Notes: generated from the sequence alone by a model not told the origin. A DNA stretch of 64,000 nucleotides from the human T2T-CHM13v2.0 reference genome, Homo sapiens (GCF_009914755.1 NC_060944.1); one strand, 5' to 3'. Shown: positions 13,170 to 29,856, numbered from the stretch's first letter. Program-made: numbers and translations.

Positions 13170-13420
13170 GGATAATTAACATTTATTGAGGGTTTATAGT
13201 GTGCCAGGCGCTTTCTTAATAATCACTTTCCATGTGTCAACACTCACAGTGACCTAATTAGTTAGGTATCATTATTATCCTCATTTCACAGGTAAGAAAA
13301 CTGAGACACAGAGAGGTTGAGTAACTAGTCCACAGTCCACACAGCAGAAAGTGGCAGAACTGAAATCGGAACCCAGGCTGTTAGCTTACAGAGCCAACTC
13401 ATGACCACCCCACATATTGT
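13170..13420 (-). mobile_element. MIR
   Basis: aacatttattgag...gaaaactgagacacagagaggttgagtaact. Confidence 0.85.
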
Positions 13421-13667
13421 TTCTCGACATGGTGTGGTCAGTGTAATCCCATTTGATTGTTGTGAAGTGTTCACAGGTAGCAGTCAGCACTAATACTAAA
13501 CTGTTGTATCAGAGTGACCCCTAAACACAACTGCCTTGAGCCAGTTCTGTCTCTGTCCTGCAGTAGTCCAGACAAGAGCACGTGGTCTAAGGAGAATACC
13601 AGCTTTTTCCCCATGAAGTTGTCCAGGAACCGAAGTTCCTTCTCTTATTGCCCCTCCATTCCATAGA

Positions 13668-14150
13668 GCAAGGGTTACCTAACATATCCAGAGAGAAGCA
13701 TGAGGTGTGTGAATTTGGATGGAAAGGAAAGCTACATCTTTATTCCACTAACCTGTAAGTGAAGTTTAATGTGTCCTTCCATTGTGACTGGAGCTAGCAG
13801 GTCTCATAGTGTTAGCAGAAACCATGACTTCGTAGCCAGTAGAAATGACAGATATTTTCGTTCATGTTTTTGTTGTTGCAGATGTCTCAAAAATATCACA
13901 TAATATTTACCCTACTTTGAAATTTCAGTAATTTTATTCTTGACCATAATTTATTATGTAATGCATTAACAAAGAGGCACAGGCATTACTGTAACACATT
14001 TTTAAAAACATTTTGCTAACTGTGTTTCAATATAATTTATAATCCTTTGTGTTTTATTTAATGAATGTAGAAACATTTGTCTGGGAAGGAGTTCATAGCA
14101 TCACCAGCGTGTCAAAGGGCTCTGTGGCATGCAAGAGTTTCAGACCCACG
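13668..14150. mobile_element. Charlie4a-like hAT relic inserted in an ancient LTR (LTR33/MLT-like, ~13485-14400)
   Basis: tacatctttattccactaacct, agaaatgacagatattttc, ataactgtgtttcaatataatt-like segments; LTR-like gcatggccctacttagctgcaagggag downstream. Confidence 0.7.
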
Positions 14151-14603
14151 GCCAGAGTGGACTTTTCTTCCTTGTGCTCAGAGCTAGCTCGGAGCACCGT
14201 AGCCACATTGCAGCCCACAGGGAAGGATGGAATGAGAAATGGAAGAGGGGAAGCACTTTCCTCTTAGGGGACATGAATCACCTCTGTTCATATTATGTGA
14301 TCAGGAACTTGGTTGCATGGCCCTACTTAGCTGCAAGGGAGCCTGGAAGATATGTTGCTGGTAGGTTGGGCATGTGTCCAGTAAAAAACTCAGTTGATTC
14401 CTTAATTAAAAAGAAGAGGAAAAAGGATACTATGGGAACATTATATCTAGTTTTTATCTTGTGTATGTATAGAAGTTCTAAAAAGGTACACAGGATTTCA
14501 TTAACCTTATATGCCTCTGGGAAACAGGACTGGGAATTGTAGGTGAAGATGGTGACTGACTTTGCATTATGTCTGTCTGTTATGTTTGATTTTTTTGTTT
14601 TAA

Positions 14604-14906
<303 letters not shown>

Positions 14907-14914
14907 AATAAACT

Positions 14915-15915
14915 TTTTTTCCAAAAAGTAGTTTTAGGTTTACAGCAAAATTGAGCAGAAAGTGCAGAGAGTTCTCACAAGCCCCTTCTCCACCACCATA
15001 CACAGACTTTCGCATCATGAACATCCAGCACTAGATTGGAACATTTGTTGTAATCAGTGAACCACCACTGACATATCATTATCACCCAATGTCCATAGTT
15101 CACATTAGGGTTCTCTGTTGGTGTTGTACATCCTATGGCTTTGGACAAACGTGTAATGACATGTATCCACTGTTATGATAGCACACAGAATAGTTTTACT
15201 CTGCTGAACATCCTCTGTGCTCTGTCTGTTCGTCCCTCATTTCCCACAACACTGTCAACCACTGATCTTTTTACTGTCGCCATAATTTTACGTTTACAGA
15301 ATGTCATAAAGTTGGAATCCTGTTAGTAGCCTTTTCAAATTTGCTTTTTTTTCACGGATTAGTATGTTTTTCCATGTCTTTTCATGACTGGCTAGCTCAT
15401 TTCTTTGTAGCCCTGGATAATATTCTGTTCTCTGGATGTACCACAGTGTGTCTACCCATTTACCTACTTGAAAAACCTCTTGTTTGCTTTCAAGTTTGAG
15501 CAGTTATGAATAAAGCTGCTATAAACATTCATGTGTAGGTTTTTATGTGGGTGTAAGTTTTCAGCTCATTTAGATAACTACCAAAGAGTGCAATTGCTGG
15601 ATCCTATGACCAGAATATGTTTAGTTTTACAAGAAACTGTCAAACTACCTGACAGAGTGGCTGAGCCATTTTGCATTCCCACCAGCAGTGAATGAGAGTT
15701 CCCGCTGCTACACACCCTTGCCAGCATTTGGTGTCATCAGTGTTTTGGATTTTGGCCATTCTAATCAGTATGTTAGTGTTACCTCACTGTTTTAATGACA
15801 TGTGGTGTTGAGCATGTCTTCATATGCTTATTTGCCAACTGTATATCTTCTTTGGTGAGGTGTCTGTTTAGGTCTTTTGCCTATTTTTAAATGGGTTATT
15901 TCTGTTGAATTTTTA
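14915..15915 (-). mobile_element. L1M (MA/MB/MC-type) 3' region
   Basis: tttaggtttacagcaaaattgagcagaaagt; ttttgcattcccaccagcagtgaatgagagttcc. Confidence 0.85.
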
Positions 15916-17593
15916 AAAATCAGTGGGTGTGCAGTACTTTTGTGATAGAAAAATGTAGTTAATTTTTTCTACACTGAGATTTTAAATAGTATTATGATTC
16001 AAGTAGAATTTTAAAAAATGTACTTTATACTCCGCATTCCTAAATGCATTGGTGACTTTTTTTCTTGGAGTTTTCACTCTGAATAAATACAATTGAATAA
16101 AGACACTGGAGATGGAGAGCAATGAGATGATACGGATCTAGGAAGGAGACATCGATCTGACTGTAGTAGCGGCCTTGTTCTTAGTAGCTTTAATTACATA
16201 ATTTACATTCATATTCTTTTCTTTCACACTCTTTTACTATGTCCATGCACTACTTTTCTTAATAATAAAATCTAAATCTTTTAAATGATGAGTCTTTCCA
16301 CACTTGTCTGGGAATTAGTTTGGTTGCAGTGGGGCCCTGGCTTTTCTTCGTAACCTTTTTCAGTGCCAGCTTCATTTTCTTGAATCACTTGCATTTAAAA
16401 TTGGAGCACATGATGTATACCTGGGTTCTTTTCTGAAATATTAAAGACTCAGAAGCTGAACTAGTTTTTGTGTCTTTAACAAGTCATGTGTTGTCGCAGT
16501 TGCCACCTGAGCCCTCATCAGGAACCCTCCTTCACAGCCTCCTCCAGTTTGTCGCCAGCGCACCCGCCAGCCCACACCAGTTTCCCTGCCTGTGCACCTC
16601 TGTAGCTTCTCTGAGTGCCATGGTTGTGTCCATCGCCTTTTTCCATTCAAGAAGCCATGCACGGTCCCATAGGGGAAGACATCCCTCGAAACCCACATGC
16701 TTATCACCATTAGGGGTGCACATGCAGTGGGCAGTTGTTTTCAACAGAAAGCATAGATCTCCTCTTTAATTCTTTAAACCTTATTATAAGCATAAAAAGC
16801 TTTTTAGTGAAACCACACATTTAATGTTAAAAATGGTAGCTTTACCTGTCAATATTGCTCAGTTCCTATAGGGAGGACAATATTGTTCTTCCCTTTGCTC
16901 TTTTAAAGTCCGCACTCCTGCACCCTCTTCAGGCAGCTGATCGTGGCTGCAGGAGTGGAGGAGAGAAAGGAGGGTGGCCAACCTGAAGAGGCTTCTACAC
17001 AGATGAGAAGGGAGAGCAACCCCCACCCTTACACCCCAGCAATGTTTGTATTAAAAAAAAAATGAGTGTGCTAACAAATGAATTTGATGGAATTTCATGT
17101 CACACAAAATGCAGTTCGGAAATGTGAGAGTGGGAGCGACCTTAAAGAAGACTCCATCACCTTGCTGGGTTCCTGGCATCAGTTAGCCCGAGGTGGCAGT
17201 GCCTGCACAGGGCCTTCCCTTTCTGTCCCCGCGTCCCCATGGCATTCTCTTTAAGTGCCGAGATGTTTCCAGTCAGTCCCCTGCACCTGCAAATCAGCCA
17301 GGGGTGCAAGAGGAGTCCAGGTGCAACAGCCAGGGTCCTTTGTAAGTCAGGGCACTATCCAGTGATGCTCAGTGACATTGCACCCTTTGTATCTGTGAGG
17401 ACTCACACCTGGCTTTTAGAAAGTGAGGCTTTACAAGAGCTTGTTTGTCCCTTAAAGAAGGCCATCAGGGTGGGCTGGATGTACGGCCACCATGGACCGT
17501 GGAATATTCCTCCTTCTTGCTCCTTAGCACCTGGCTTCCCTTCTCAAGTTTACCTCATTTTACTCAAGGACAGTTCTTTCTTCATATGCTCTT

Positions 17594-17755
17594 CAGTTCC
17601 ACTGCAAGTGTGGTCCAGGGATTGGCAGCAGCAGCATCTGCTGAGACTTTGCTAAAATACAGAATCCAAGGCCCTGCCCCAGGTTTTCTGAATCTGTGTT
17701 GCTAACAAGTGCACCAGTTGACTTTCATGCACCTTAAAAGTTTAAGAAGCACTGT
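17594..17755. mobile_element. MER5-type hAT MITE
   Basis: caagtgtggtcc...cagcagcatc...aagtttaagaagcactg. Confidence 0.7.
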
Positions 17756-17766
17756 AGGGGCTTCTG

Positions 17767-18090
17767 GGTTTTTTTTTGTTTTTGTTTTGTTTTGTTTTGT
17801 TTTGAGACAGAGTCTCACTCTGTCACCCAGGCTGGAGTGCAGTGGTGCAATCTTGGCTCACTGCAAGCTCTGACTCCCGGGTTTCACGCCATTCTCCTGC
17901 CTCAGCCTCCCGAGTAGCTGGGACTACAGGTGCCCACCATGACACCTGACTAAATTTTTTTTTTTTATTTTTAGTAGAGACAGGGTTTCACCGTGTTAGC
18001 CAGGATGGTCTCAATCTCCTGACCTCATGATCCACTCACCTCGGCCTCCCAAAATGCTGGGATTACAGGCGTGAGCCACTGCGCCTGGCT
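17767..18090 (-). mobile_element. AluY
   Basis: Diagnostic ctgcaagctc, cacgccattctc, ccgtgttagccaggatggtctc; TSD ggggcttctg. Confidence 0.92.
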
Positions 18091-18149
18091 GGGGCTTCTG
18101 CTTTTTTAATGGGTACGTCATCTGGTAGAAAATAATTGTGATTTATTAC

Positions 18150-19150
18150 AAAAGAAACTATCATCAGAGTGAGCAGACAACCTACAGAATGCGAGAAAAT
18201 TTTTGCAATCTATCCATCTGACAAAGGTCTGATATCCAGAATCTATGAGGAACTTAAACAAATTTGCAAGAAAAAAACAACCCCATTAAAAAGTGGGCAA
18301 AGGACCATGAACAGACACTTCTCAAAAGAAGACATTCATGCAGCCAACAAACATGAAAAAAAGCTCAAAATCACTGATCATTAGTGAAATGCAAATCAAA
18401 ACCACAAAGAGATAGCATCTCATGCCAATCAGAATGGCGATTATTAAAAAGTCAAGCAACAACAGATGCTGGCGAGACTATGGAGAAATAGGAACAATTT
18501 TACACTGTTGGTGGGTGTGTAAATTAGTCCAACCATTGTGGAAGACAGTGTGCTGATTCCTCAAAAACCTAGAACCAGAGATACCATTTGACCCAGCAAT
18601 TCCATTTCTGGGTATATACCCAAAGGAATATAAATCATTCTATTTTACATGCACGCATATGTTCATTGCAGCACCGTTCATACTTGCAAAGACATGGAAT
18701 TAACCCAAATGCCCATCACTGATAGACTGGATAAAGAAAATGTGATACCATAGAATACTATGATACCATGGAATACTATGTAGCCATAGAAAGAAATAAG
18801 ATCATGTCCTTTGCAGGGACATGGATGGAGCTGGAAGCCATTATCCTCAGCAAACTAACACAGGAACAGAAAACCAAACACCGCACGTTCTCACTTATAA
18901 GTGGGAGCTGAATGATGAGAACACATGAACACATGCGGGGGCCGGGAGCGGGGAACAACACACATTGGGGCCTGTCAGTGGGGGTCCGAGGGGAGAGAGA
19001 GCATCAGGATAAGTAGCTAATGCATGCTGGGCTTAATACCTAGGTGATGGGTTGACGGGTGCAACAAACCACCGTGGCACACTAATTAACGTATATTTGT
19101 CCTGCACATGTATCCTAGAACTTAAAATAGAATTAAATTAATTTTTTAAA
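18150..19150 (+). mobile_element. L1PA (mid-age) 3' ~1 kb
   Basis: ORF2 C-terminal remnant ([24 protein letters not shown]) and 3'UTR; degenerate TSD aataattgtgatt/aagaactgtgatt. Confidence 0.92.
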
Positions 19151-19829
19151 AAGAACTGTGATTATCTGTCTTCCAAATACAGATTTTCTATAAAACATAT
19201 AAGCCATACCTACTTCACTTTTTATTATTTTATTTTATTTTATATTTATTTCTTTTTCTAGACAATTTTGGAAGTTTAAAGGCCACACCTACTTTAAACC
19301 TTTTATGATCTAGTAATTTTTTGGTACTACTGAGTTATTCATTTCTTCTGTGTATAAATATAACCTTTTGGTTAGATTTGTAAGAATATGTGGACTATAA
19401 CAGTTTTACATATTTTTTTTCTATTTATACCAAGTAATGCTTTAATTTCTCTTGCTTGTTTCTAGTTCCTGGCCCTTTCTTTTTTCATACACACTTTCCA
19501 CCTGTGGTTTTCTAAAACCATTTTTTGCATTTCAAAATTTAGGTTAACGATGAGAATGCTTTCATTTGGAAAGGAAAGAAAAACCAACTCAGAATGCATT
19601 GCTTCCACTGTAGGACATGTACTGGCTCACATAAGCAGGAGGTCTGGAGATAGGCAGGGCTTTAGGGTTTGTATCTCCAGGATCTTGGTTTCTTTCCTTT
19701 CTTCCACCCTCCCTCCATCCTGAAATTGACGTCGATCACATTGACAAAATGGCCACTGGGTTCCGGGGTGCAGGAGGAGAGTGCTGGCTGATGTCTGTTT
19801 TCCTTCCCAGAGACCCCAGCAAAGCCCCC

Positions 19830-20165
19830 TCATTCATCCAGTAAAATCCACAGCACTGACTGCATACATGTGCCAGCTTTATCCCAGGTGCTGGGGAAAC
19901 AGAAATGATGCAAACAGATAGAAATTCTTGCCCTCACGGGGGGCCTGCATTCTAGATGGTGGAGAAAGATGTAAAGGAAAGAGATCAAATGCACAGTATA
20001 TAGGCACTAAGGGCGAACGTGAAGAGTATAGCAGGTGTGGAGAGGGGATAGGAACTGCTGAGTGGGAGAGGGGCTGCCATTTTGCCTAGGGTGACAGGAA
20101 AGGTGGCCATGAGTAAAGACCTGAAGGAGGTGAGGAGGAGCCACTTGGGCATGGTGAGGGCACAG
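19830..20165 (-). mobile_element. L2 3' fragment
   Basis: cattcatcc...tgtgccagc...cttgccctcacggggg...cattctag. Confidence 0.7.
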
Positions 20166-21307
20166 GTCCTCCACACCTACTCTTTAAAAATGTATCATGT
20201 TCTTCTATTTTTTGCTTCACTTCTCTTTACATTTGGGATGAATTGTTTCTGCTCTTAAGTTTGGTTACTTTAAATTTCATGACCTTGTGTTCTGGTCCTC
20301 CACCTAATTTCATTCTTCTTCCCTTGGGAAATTATATTTGTGTCTGTCATCTGCCCTCTGGCTGTGCTGGTGAGCACTGGGACAAATTATTCATTCTGTC
20401 ATTAGTGATGGCTACCTCTTCTGTCAACACATTCCACACCCAGGTTCCCTCTCCTTTTGTTTAGTGACTACAGGCCTTTGAGACGAGAACATTTCCTAAT
20501 GTTTATGTTAACTTGCACTTTAATTGTGGATAAATTAAATGCTTCCTTTATGATACATTTTCTTCATATATTAACCTCTAAGACACTTCCAAACTTAATA
20601 TGGGATGAGTGTGTGCTATAGATGATTCTTCTATTTCCGCTGCTTGCTCATTCTTGACCTACCCACTGGCTTTTCTGTCCTCTTGTTTATTCATTAGCAG
20701 AGAACATATTCAGGTGAACTGGTTGCCCACTCCATCTTGCCACCCTTTCACATGATGCTTTTCTGAAATTTGACATTTTAAATGTGGGGAAACGTTTCAG
20801 ATGTATTTGGCTAACCAATATTTATTGTGCTAGGAATTATTTTTTATAAATAAATATTTACTGCTGAGTTAGATCATACAGCCATTAACTTGGCTCAGTA
20901 AATAAAATGCATTTAGCTAGTTGTCCTTTAATCGATTCCCGCCCCCCACCATTTCTGTTTTCTTTGCTTTTCTGTGAGTGGCTCACACAGAAAATTACCA
21001 TTGTTCCTATTTCAGGCCCGTGTTATTGTGGAGAGTGTTTTAACATCGTCAGTCCTTGGCCCCTTCTGCTTTTAATCAGCCTCCTTGAACAGAACCCGAT
21101 AGAAACTTCATTTTTAATTTTGTGGGTTTTATTTTCTTTCTTTATTTATTTTTGATTTAAACTGAAATACTAATGGCTATCAAATTGTTTCATGATTCTA
21201 TTACAAAGATCACTTCTTTGGAATCCAGAAAGACTCAGATCAATTTTTCTTCTCCCTGTTATTTCATTTTTATTTACTGGTATTAAAAAATTTCCCTATT
21301 TTCTGCA

Positions 21308-23426
<2,119 letters not shown>

Positions 23427-23428
<2 letters not shown>

Positions 23429-23537
23429 ATATATACACATATATATATGCATATATATGTATATATATGTATATATACATATGTGTATATATATAACTTT
23501 TATGTGTATATATATAACTTTTATATGTATGTGTATG

Positions 23538-23573
<36 letters not shown>
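23427..23573. repeat. Compound (TA)n/(CA)n microsatellite at the L1 tail
   Basis: Imperfect TA runs followed by about 16 CA units. Confidence 0.95.
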
Positions 23574-23575
<2 letters not shown>

Positions 23576-25406
23576 ACCTTGTGTCTAAAACAATTCATCC
23601 ACTCAATTTGGGATTGAAAATCCCAATCTTTTTCCTTCCACTTTCATATATGATATTCTACTTTATTGTGTGTGTGACCTGATTAAATACTAGAAACCCT
23701 GATCCTTGAGGTCAAAGTCAGCCAAAAACAGGAAGAAGCAAACCTCTTGTGAAGCAGGTGACCCAGACTGCAAGACTCTGAGGACTCAAGAAGGGGCCAC
23801 TTTGGGTGGGGCTTCATCACTTCTTCACCGAGAGGTGTCATTTCCTGAGGACTAATAGATTCGGGCATTCAAGTACATCAGAGAGAGAAAGCATAAGAGA
23901 GAGGTGACCTGGAGAGGTAAAGCCTTGGGAAGCCCTCCGGAGACCTTGCTTTTTCTGTGGATGGAAGAAGCCATGTGGATGGGTAATGAAAAACATAGCT
24001 AATCTCCCTCACTGATTCAAGGTAGCTTTAGAACTATGCTTGCACCCTTGGGAAAAGAACACTAAACCCTTCTGGTTACTGAGTACACATTCACTTCTGG
24101 GAAGATCAGGCAAGGTGATATGTGGAACAGGTAGAGGGAGGTGGGAATGTTCTCCTTCCTGGCTATAGGCCATGGGACTGAAAGATGGGAGCCACCATAA
24201 TGGCTAAAATGAAAGAAGCAACTTCCTATTGAAAACTTGCAGAGAGATGAAAGTAGGGCCACGTTTAGGTGCATCCAATGAGCCACCATCTTCTGAAGTC
24301 CTGCCAGGCCTAAGTCGGTACATAATCATTGAAGCGGACTTTGTTTTATTGGATATTTATTTAGCAGATTTAAAGTTCATTCCACAGAAGGTCTTGGTAT
24401 CATTTTATAAACCCTCAATGAATACTCTAAATCTCTATGATTTATCTGAGAATAGGGTAAGAAATAAAGATAGCTGCTTGATAATTTGACAACAGTATTC
24501 TGTTGGTACGGATGACATAATATATATTTTTAGATCCATGTCATTTTAATTAAGGATTTTAATTAGTGTTTTTTGTTGAGAATAAAATAGTGCGCATCCT
24601 TACAACTTTGTCTTAAAGTCATTGTATTTTTCAAGGGGCTTTCTCTAGCAAAAACACAGATGAAGGTCTCCATAACAATTGGTCCGCTTCTAACCTCATG
24701 TGCCTTATTTAAAATTTTAAAGAATTGCAGAATTATTTCTCAAAATATGGTCTGGAGTCAATAGCAGTTCAGCTTCACGAGAGCAGAAATTGTGGACTGT
24801 CTGGTTCCCTGATGTATCCCCAGCACCCAAAACACGGGCACACAGCAGATGTTTAATAAATATTTGTGATGGAGTGAATGAATGATTCTTAATCCATTTT
24901 AATCATTGATTTTAAGGAAATATGTCTTAATTGAGAGTTTATTTCTTACATTTATTCATTTTTCACTTTTTCCTGCCAATTGCTATGTAGAAGCAATTAG
25001 AAGCAATTAAAAGCAATTTCCTTTGTAAAGGAAATACCCTTGTAGCAACAAGTATGTGTCCCGTTTTTGTTTGTTTGTTTGTTTGCTATGAGAATGCTTT
25101 ATTAGGCAAAACCACATACTGTGAAAATGCTTTAAAATGCAACAGGAGGAGATGTGAAGACACAAAGAACAAGTGCATAGTGACACATGGCTATCAGAAC
25201 ACACTAAGTAAAGAATCCACACCTCTTCCACCCTTTATCCAGAAAAGGAAGGAGCTAGATCACCTCCTCCTCAGGTCCCCCACATCTCATTCTAGTTAAA
25301 GCGAAAACAAACAGGCTGCTGTTCTCAGCACCCAGTGTGGAAGGAATAGTATATATAGAGCCACCTTGCCTCAGAGTCTGCCAAAAAAAGGTCACATGTG
25401 GAATAA

Positions 25407-25811
<405 letters not shown>

Positions 25812-25817
25812 TAGAGA

Positions 25818-26118
25818 GCAGCCCCATTCAGTAGGAATACGCTGTGAGCCACATGTGTAATTTTAGATTTTTGAATAGCCACATTAATTTAAAAATCAAA
25901 AAGTAGGTGAAATTAATTGTAACATTTATTTCTTATTTAACCCATTATATCCAAAATATTGTTTCAGCATGTAATCAATATTTAAAAAGCACGAATGAGA
26001 TACTTTATGTTACTTTTTTGTACCAAGTCCACAATTCAGTGGATATTTTATTCTTACAGCACATCTCAATTCTGAGTACCACATTTCAAGTGTACAGGCT
26101 CTTGTACTGGACAGTGTC
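25818..26118. mobile_element. MER3/MER33-like hAT relic
   Basis: tgtgagccacatgtgtaatttt...tagccacatt...tactggacagtg. Confidence 0.7.
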
Positions 26119-26574
26119 ATTTTAGAGGAGGGCACAAACATACAGCCATAGCCCGTTCCTCCCCCTGAAATTCTAGGAACAAAGGAAAGCTCTGAAATAT
26201 TCCTCTTTGGTGAATATGAATAGCAGAGATGAATGCAAAATGGTTGTGACCCCTGATCAACAGTAGATTTCCATGGACAGACTGGTGAAACGATGTTTGC
26301 AGTTTTGTGCTACTTTGCAGGAAGATAACCCCATGTCCTACTGAACATTTATTGGGCACCACTGTAGGCTACAAAAAGCCCTGGTCTTTTAGAGTGGACC
26401 ATGATATGGTCTGAGCTTCAAGCCTTGCTGGGGGAAGATGTCCACTTATTCTCACTTTCCAGTCCAGTATCCAACAACACTCTTTATAACTCAGTTGTAG
26501 TATTTATTATATGTAAAAAAACATGTAATAAGCATGGGGAAGCTCTCTGGCTATCTCCATGCAAGCTTCATGAT

Positions 26575-27895
26575 TAGTTCACTTGACAGCTGTTTATTGA
26601 GCATCTACCATGTGCCAGGCATTGCTCTAGCCATGAGGTGGCAGCAGTGAGCAAATAGACCAACACTGCCATCTTTGTCAAATTTTATTCTAGTGGGAGG
26701 AGACAAACAGTGAAAAACAAAATAAAGAGAAAGTAGGAAGTGCTGTGGAGAAAAATAGAACAGGGAATGAGGATGGAAGGTCAGGGTCCAAATTTTAAAT
26801 AGGGGGTCAGGGTCAGGGAGGGCGTCACTGAGAGGGTGAAGTTTCAGCAAAGACTCAATGTTGAGGTGATGGAACAGGCTCATAGATTTGCTGGAGGAGA
26901 ATTACAGGTAGGAACTTCTGATGAGGTAACTTCTGATGAGGTAGGAACTTCCTCAGGTAGGAACTTCTGATGAGGTAAGAACTTCTGATGAGGCAGGAAC
27001 TTCTGATGAGGTAGGAACTTCCTCAGGTAGGGAATTCTGATAAGGTAGCACCTTCTGATGAGATAGGAACTTCTGATGACATAAGAACTTCTGATGAAGT
27101 AGGACCTTCTGATGAGGTAGGAACTTCCTCAAGTGGGAACCTCTGATGAGGGACTATGTCTGGCATGTTTGAGGAACAGCATAGTGGCCTGTGCAGCAGA
27201 GCAGGGAAACCAAGAAGCCAACTATTTGGAGATGAGTCAGAGCAAGCAGCAATCCCAGAGGGAGGGCACGGGGAAGGAGGCTGTGGTCATGGAGAGTTGG
27301 AGAGGGGGCTCTCAGCCACTGTAGAACTTTGGCTTTTACTGGGAGTGCAAGCTTATGCTCGTAAATGTAGCAAAATTATGGTAATTATTAGACTCCCTGC
27401 TGAATCATGTTTGTTTAATGAAGCTCGTATATTGTAATCTTATGTATCTTACTTTATGCATTTAAAAATATTCTGAGAGGGGCCATACACATAAAAGAGG
27501 TTAAGAACACCTCTATTACTGGGAATTTGAGTATAAGAGTCTTGTGATCTGACTTAACATTTGATAAGCATTGCTCTGGCAAATTGGTGGAGGATGGCTT
27601 GTCAGGAACAATGGCAGAAATGTGGAGAGACACTAGTATGCTGTTCCAGCAACCCAGGAGAGAGGTGGTGGAGGCTGGACTAGCACTGGAGGTCTTGAGA
27701 AGTCGTTCCATTCTTAGATGCATTTTGAAAGCAGAGCCAGCCCAAAGTTAGGCTGAAAGAGAGGTGTGCAAGAAAACAGATGAGGCCAAAGGTCTGGGCC
27801 TGAACCACTGGAAGGATGGAGTTGCCATTACCTAAGACAGGAAAGACAGCTGGGTGGAGGGCTTTGGAATGGAAACAGTGAGACGACTCTTAGAT
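26575..27895 (-). mobile_element. L2 relic interrupted by a minisatellite and a Charlie4z-like fragment (~27370-27512)
   Basis: tttattgagcatctaccatgtgccaggc; tgtctggcatgtttgaggaacagca; actggaaggatggagttgccatt. Confidence 0.75.
26908..27150. repeat. Minisatellite, 14 units of gtaggaacttctgatgag (18 bp) / gtaggaacttcctcag (16 bp)
   Basis: Units parsed directly from the sequence. Confidence 0.95.
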
Positions 27896-28279
27896 GGCCA
27901 TGTCTTTTTCATTTGGGGGATGTAGTGTACTTTAGCTTAAGTTTATCCATATCTTCCACAGTATCTTAAATGTGTTGTCTGACACCAGTTTCTGAGAGAG
28001 GCATATTAAACTCTACCAATATGATGGTGAATTTCAAACTCTTCTCATAACCCTGTCCATTTTTACTTCAGTATCCTGGAGCTTTATTGTTAGACACCTA
28101 TACATATGGTATTGTTATATCTTCCTAGTGAACTTTTATTATCAAATAAAGACCTTTTTCTCATGATTTTTGCCTTAAGATCTGGTTTAGCTGATATTTA
28201 TATAGCTATGCCAGCTTATTTTTTTGCTATTAGTTGCCATTCCCTTTTCCTTTCAATTATTTTGGCATTACATATATTT

Positions 28280-28805
28280 TTGTAACAGCTTTATTGAGAT
28301 GTAATTCACATGCCATACAATTTGTCCACTTCAAGTGTACAATTCAGTGGTTTGTAGTAGAGTTACAGCATTGTGCAGTTACCACGTCTATCTGGTTCTA
28401 AAACATTTGCATCACCCAGAGGACACCCTGTACCTGTCAAGCTGTCACTCCCATTCTCTTCTCCCCTCAGCCCCCAACAATCACTAACCCACTTTCTATC
28501 ATTGTAAATTTGCCTATTCTGGACATTTCATATAAATGGAATTACACAACACGTGGCCTTTTGTATATGGTTTCTCTCACTTCGCACAACGTTTTTAAAG
28601 TTCATGCATGTTGGAGTATGCATCAGTACTTTATTTTCTTTTATGGCTGAATAGTGTTCTGTTGTATGTATCAATCATACTCTGTTTATCCATTCATCAA
28701 TTGATGGGCATTTGGGTTGTTTTTTCTTGGGCTATTGTGAATAATGCTGCTATGAAAATTCATGTACAGGTTTTGTGTGGACATATGTTTTTAATTCGCT
28801 TGAGT
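28280..28805 (-). mobile_element. L1MB/ME 3' end
   Basis: aacagctttattgagat...tttgcctattctggacatttcatataaatggaat. Confidence 0.85.
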
Positions 28806-29164
28806 ATTTTTCTAGTGCTTTTGTGGTCTTGTTTGTTACATTTACATCTGTAATCCACTGAACTAGATTTTGGTGTAAGGTGGTCATATAACAACCAAGT
28901 TCTTATCTTTCACTTAAAATTGCTCATAAACATTAAGATGGTATTAATTGTTCATCTTTTTATTAGTTAATTATAGATATAGATATTGTTCTTTGCAAAT
29001 ATGATACTTTGTTCATAATATGGAAGCATGTATTAAAATTTAAGCACAGATGTTCCCTACAGTTAAAAGTTAAATAGATTAGGATATTTTATTGTATCAG
29101 CATGAGGAGGAATGGCATTGTCCCATTGAGTAATAATACCCTAGTAACTGCAGAGAATTCACTG

Positions 29165-29856
29165 CAAGGCTAGCTACATAATATACAGGACCCATTACAA
29201 AATGAAAATGTGAGGCTCTGGCCTGGTGTGGGGCAGTCAGTCTCTCCTTCCCATGGGCTCCAACCCATGGCAAACAGGCATCCAACTAAGGGCTTGCAAC
29301 CTCTGCACCAGGATGCACTGAACACCTGGGTGGGGGATGGGTAGGAGGTCCACACTGAGTTGCTAGCCGAACACGCCATGGCACTGCCTGCCCAAGGTGG
29401 GGACAGCCACCCCCTTGGTCTGACCAGAGACTCCATGTGTCATGTAGCTGACTCATGAGCCTCTCTATACCCTTGTCCAGGAACCCCACTGGGTGTTGGC
29501 TGAACACGGGCTTCCCCCAACCAAAGCAACCAATGTCGCTCCTGGCAGAAGGAGGAGGCAGCTGTCATGAGGCAGGAATGGGGAGGCTGTCTAGGGCCCA
29601 GGGTGCCAGGGGCAGGGAGCAGGTAGGAGAAAACCATCATGGAGAGACTGTGGGGATCACACGTGAGCAGAGGCTCCAAGGCCCCTGACGTGCTCCATTG
29701 TGTCACTTAACTTCACTTAAAAGCATGAAGTCAAAGATAAAATTATTAAGAATTTTTGAACGGTGGCCTCAGAGCAATAAACTCTGAGTGTGAGGCTCTA
29801 AAAAGCACACAGCACTGTGCTGCTCCCTGGGTCCCACACTCATGAAGCCAGCCCTG
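29165..29856. mobile_element. MER45-family hAT-Tip100 element
   Basis: Ends caaggctagctacataat...caaaatgaaaatgtg and catgaagccagccctg. Confidence 0.7.

Noticed and set aside
26908-27150. Repeated CTGATGAG as hammerhead ribozyme core, box C/D snoRNA or CRISPR-like array
   Set aside because: No stem II followed by GAAA, no stem III, no terminal stem or guide spacing, and no unique spacers; it is a tandem repeat.
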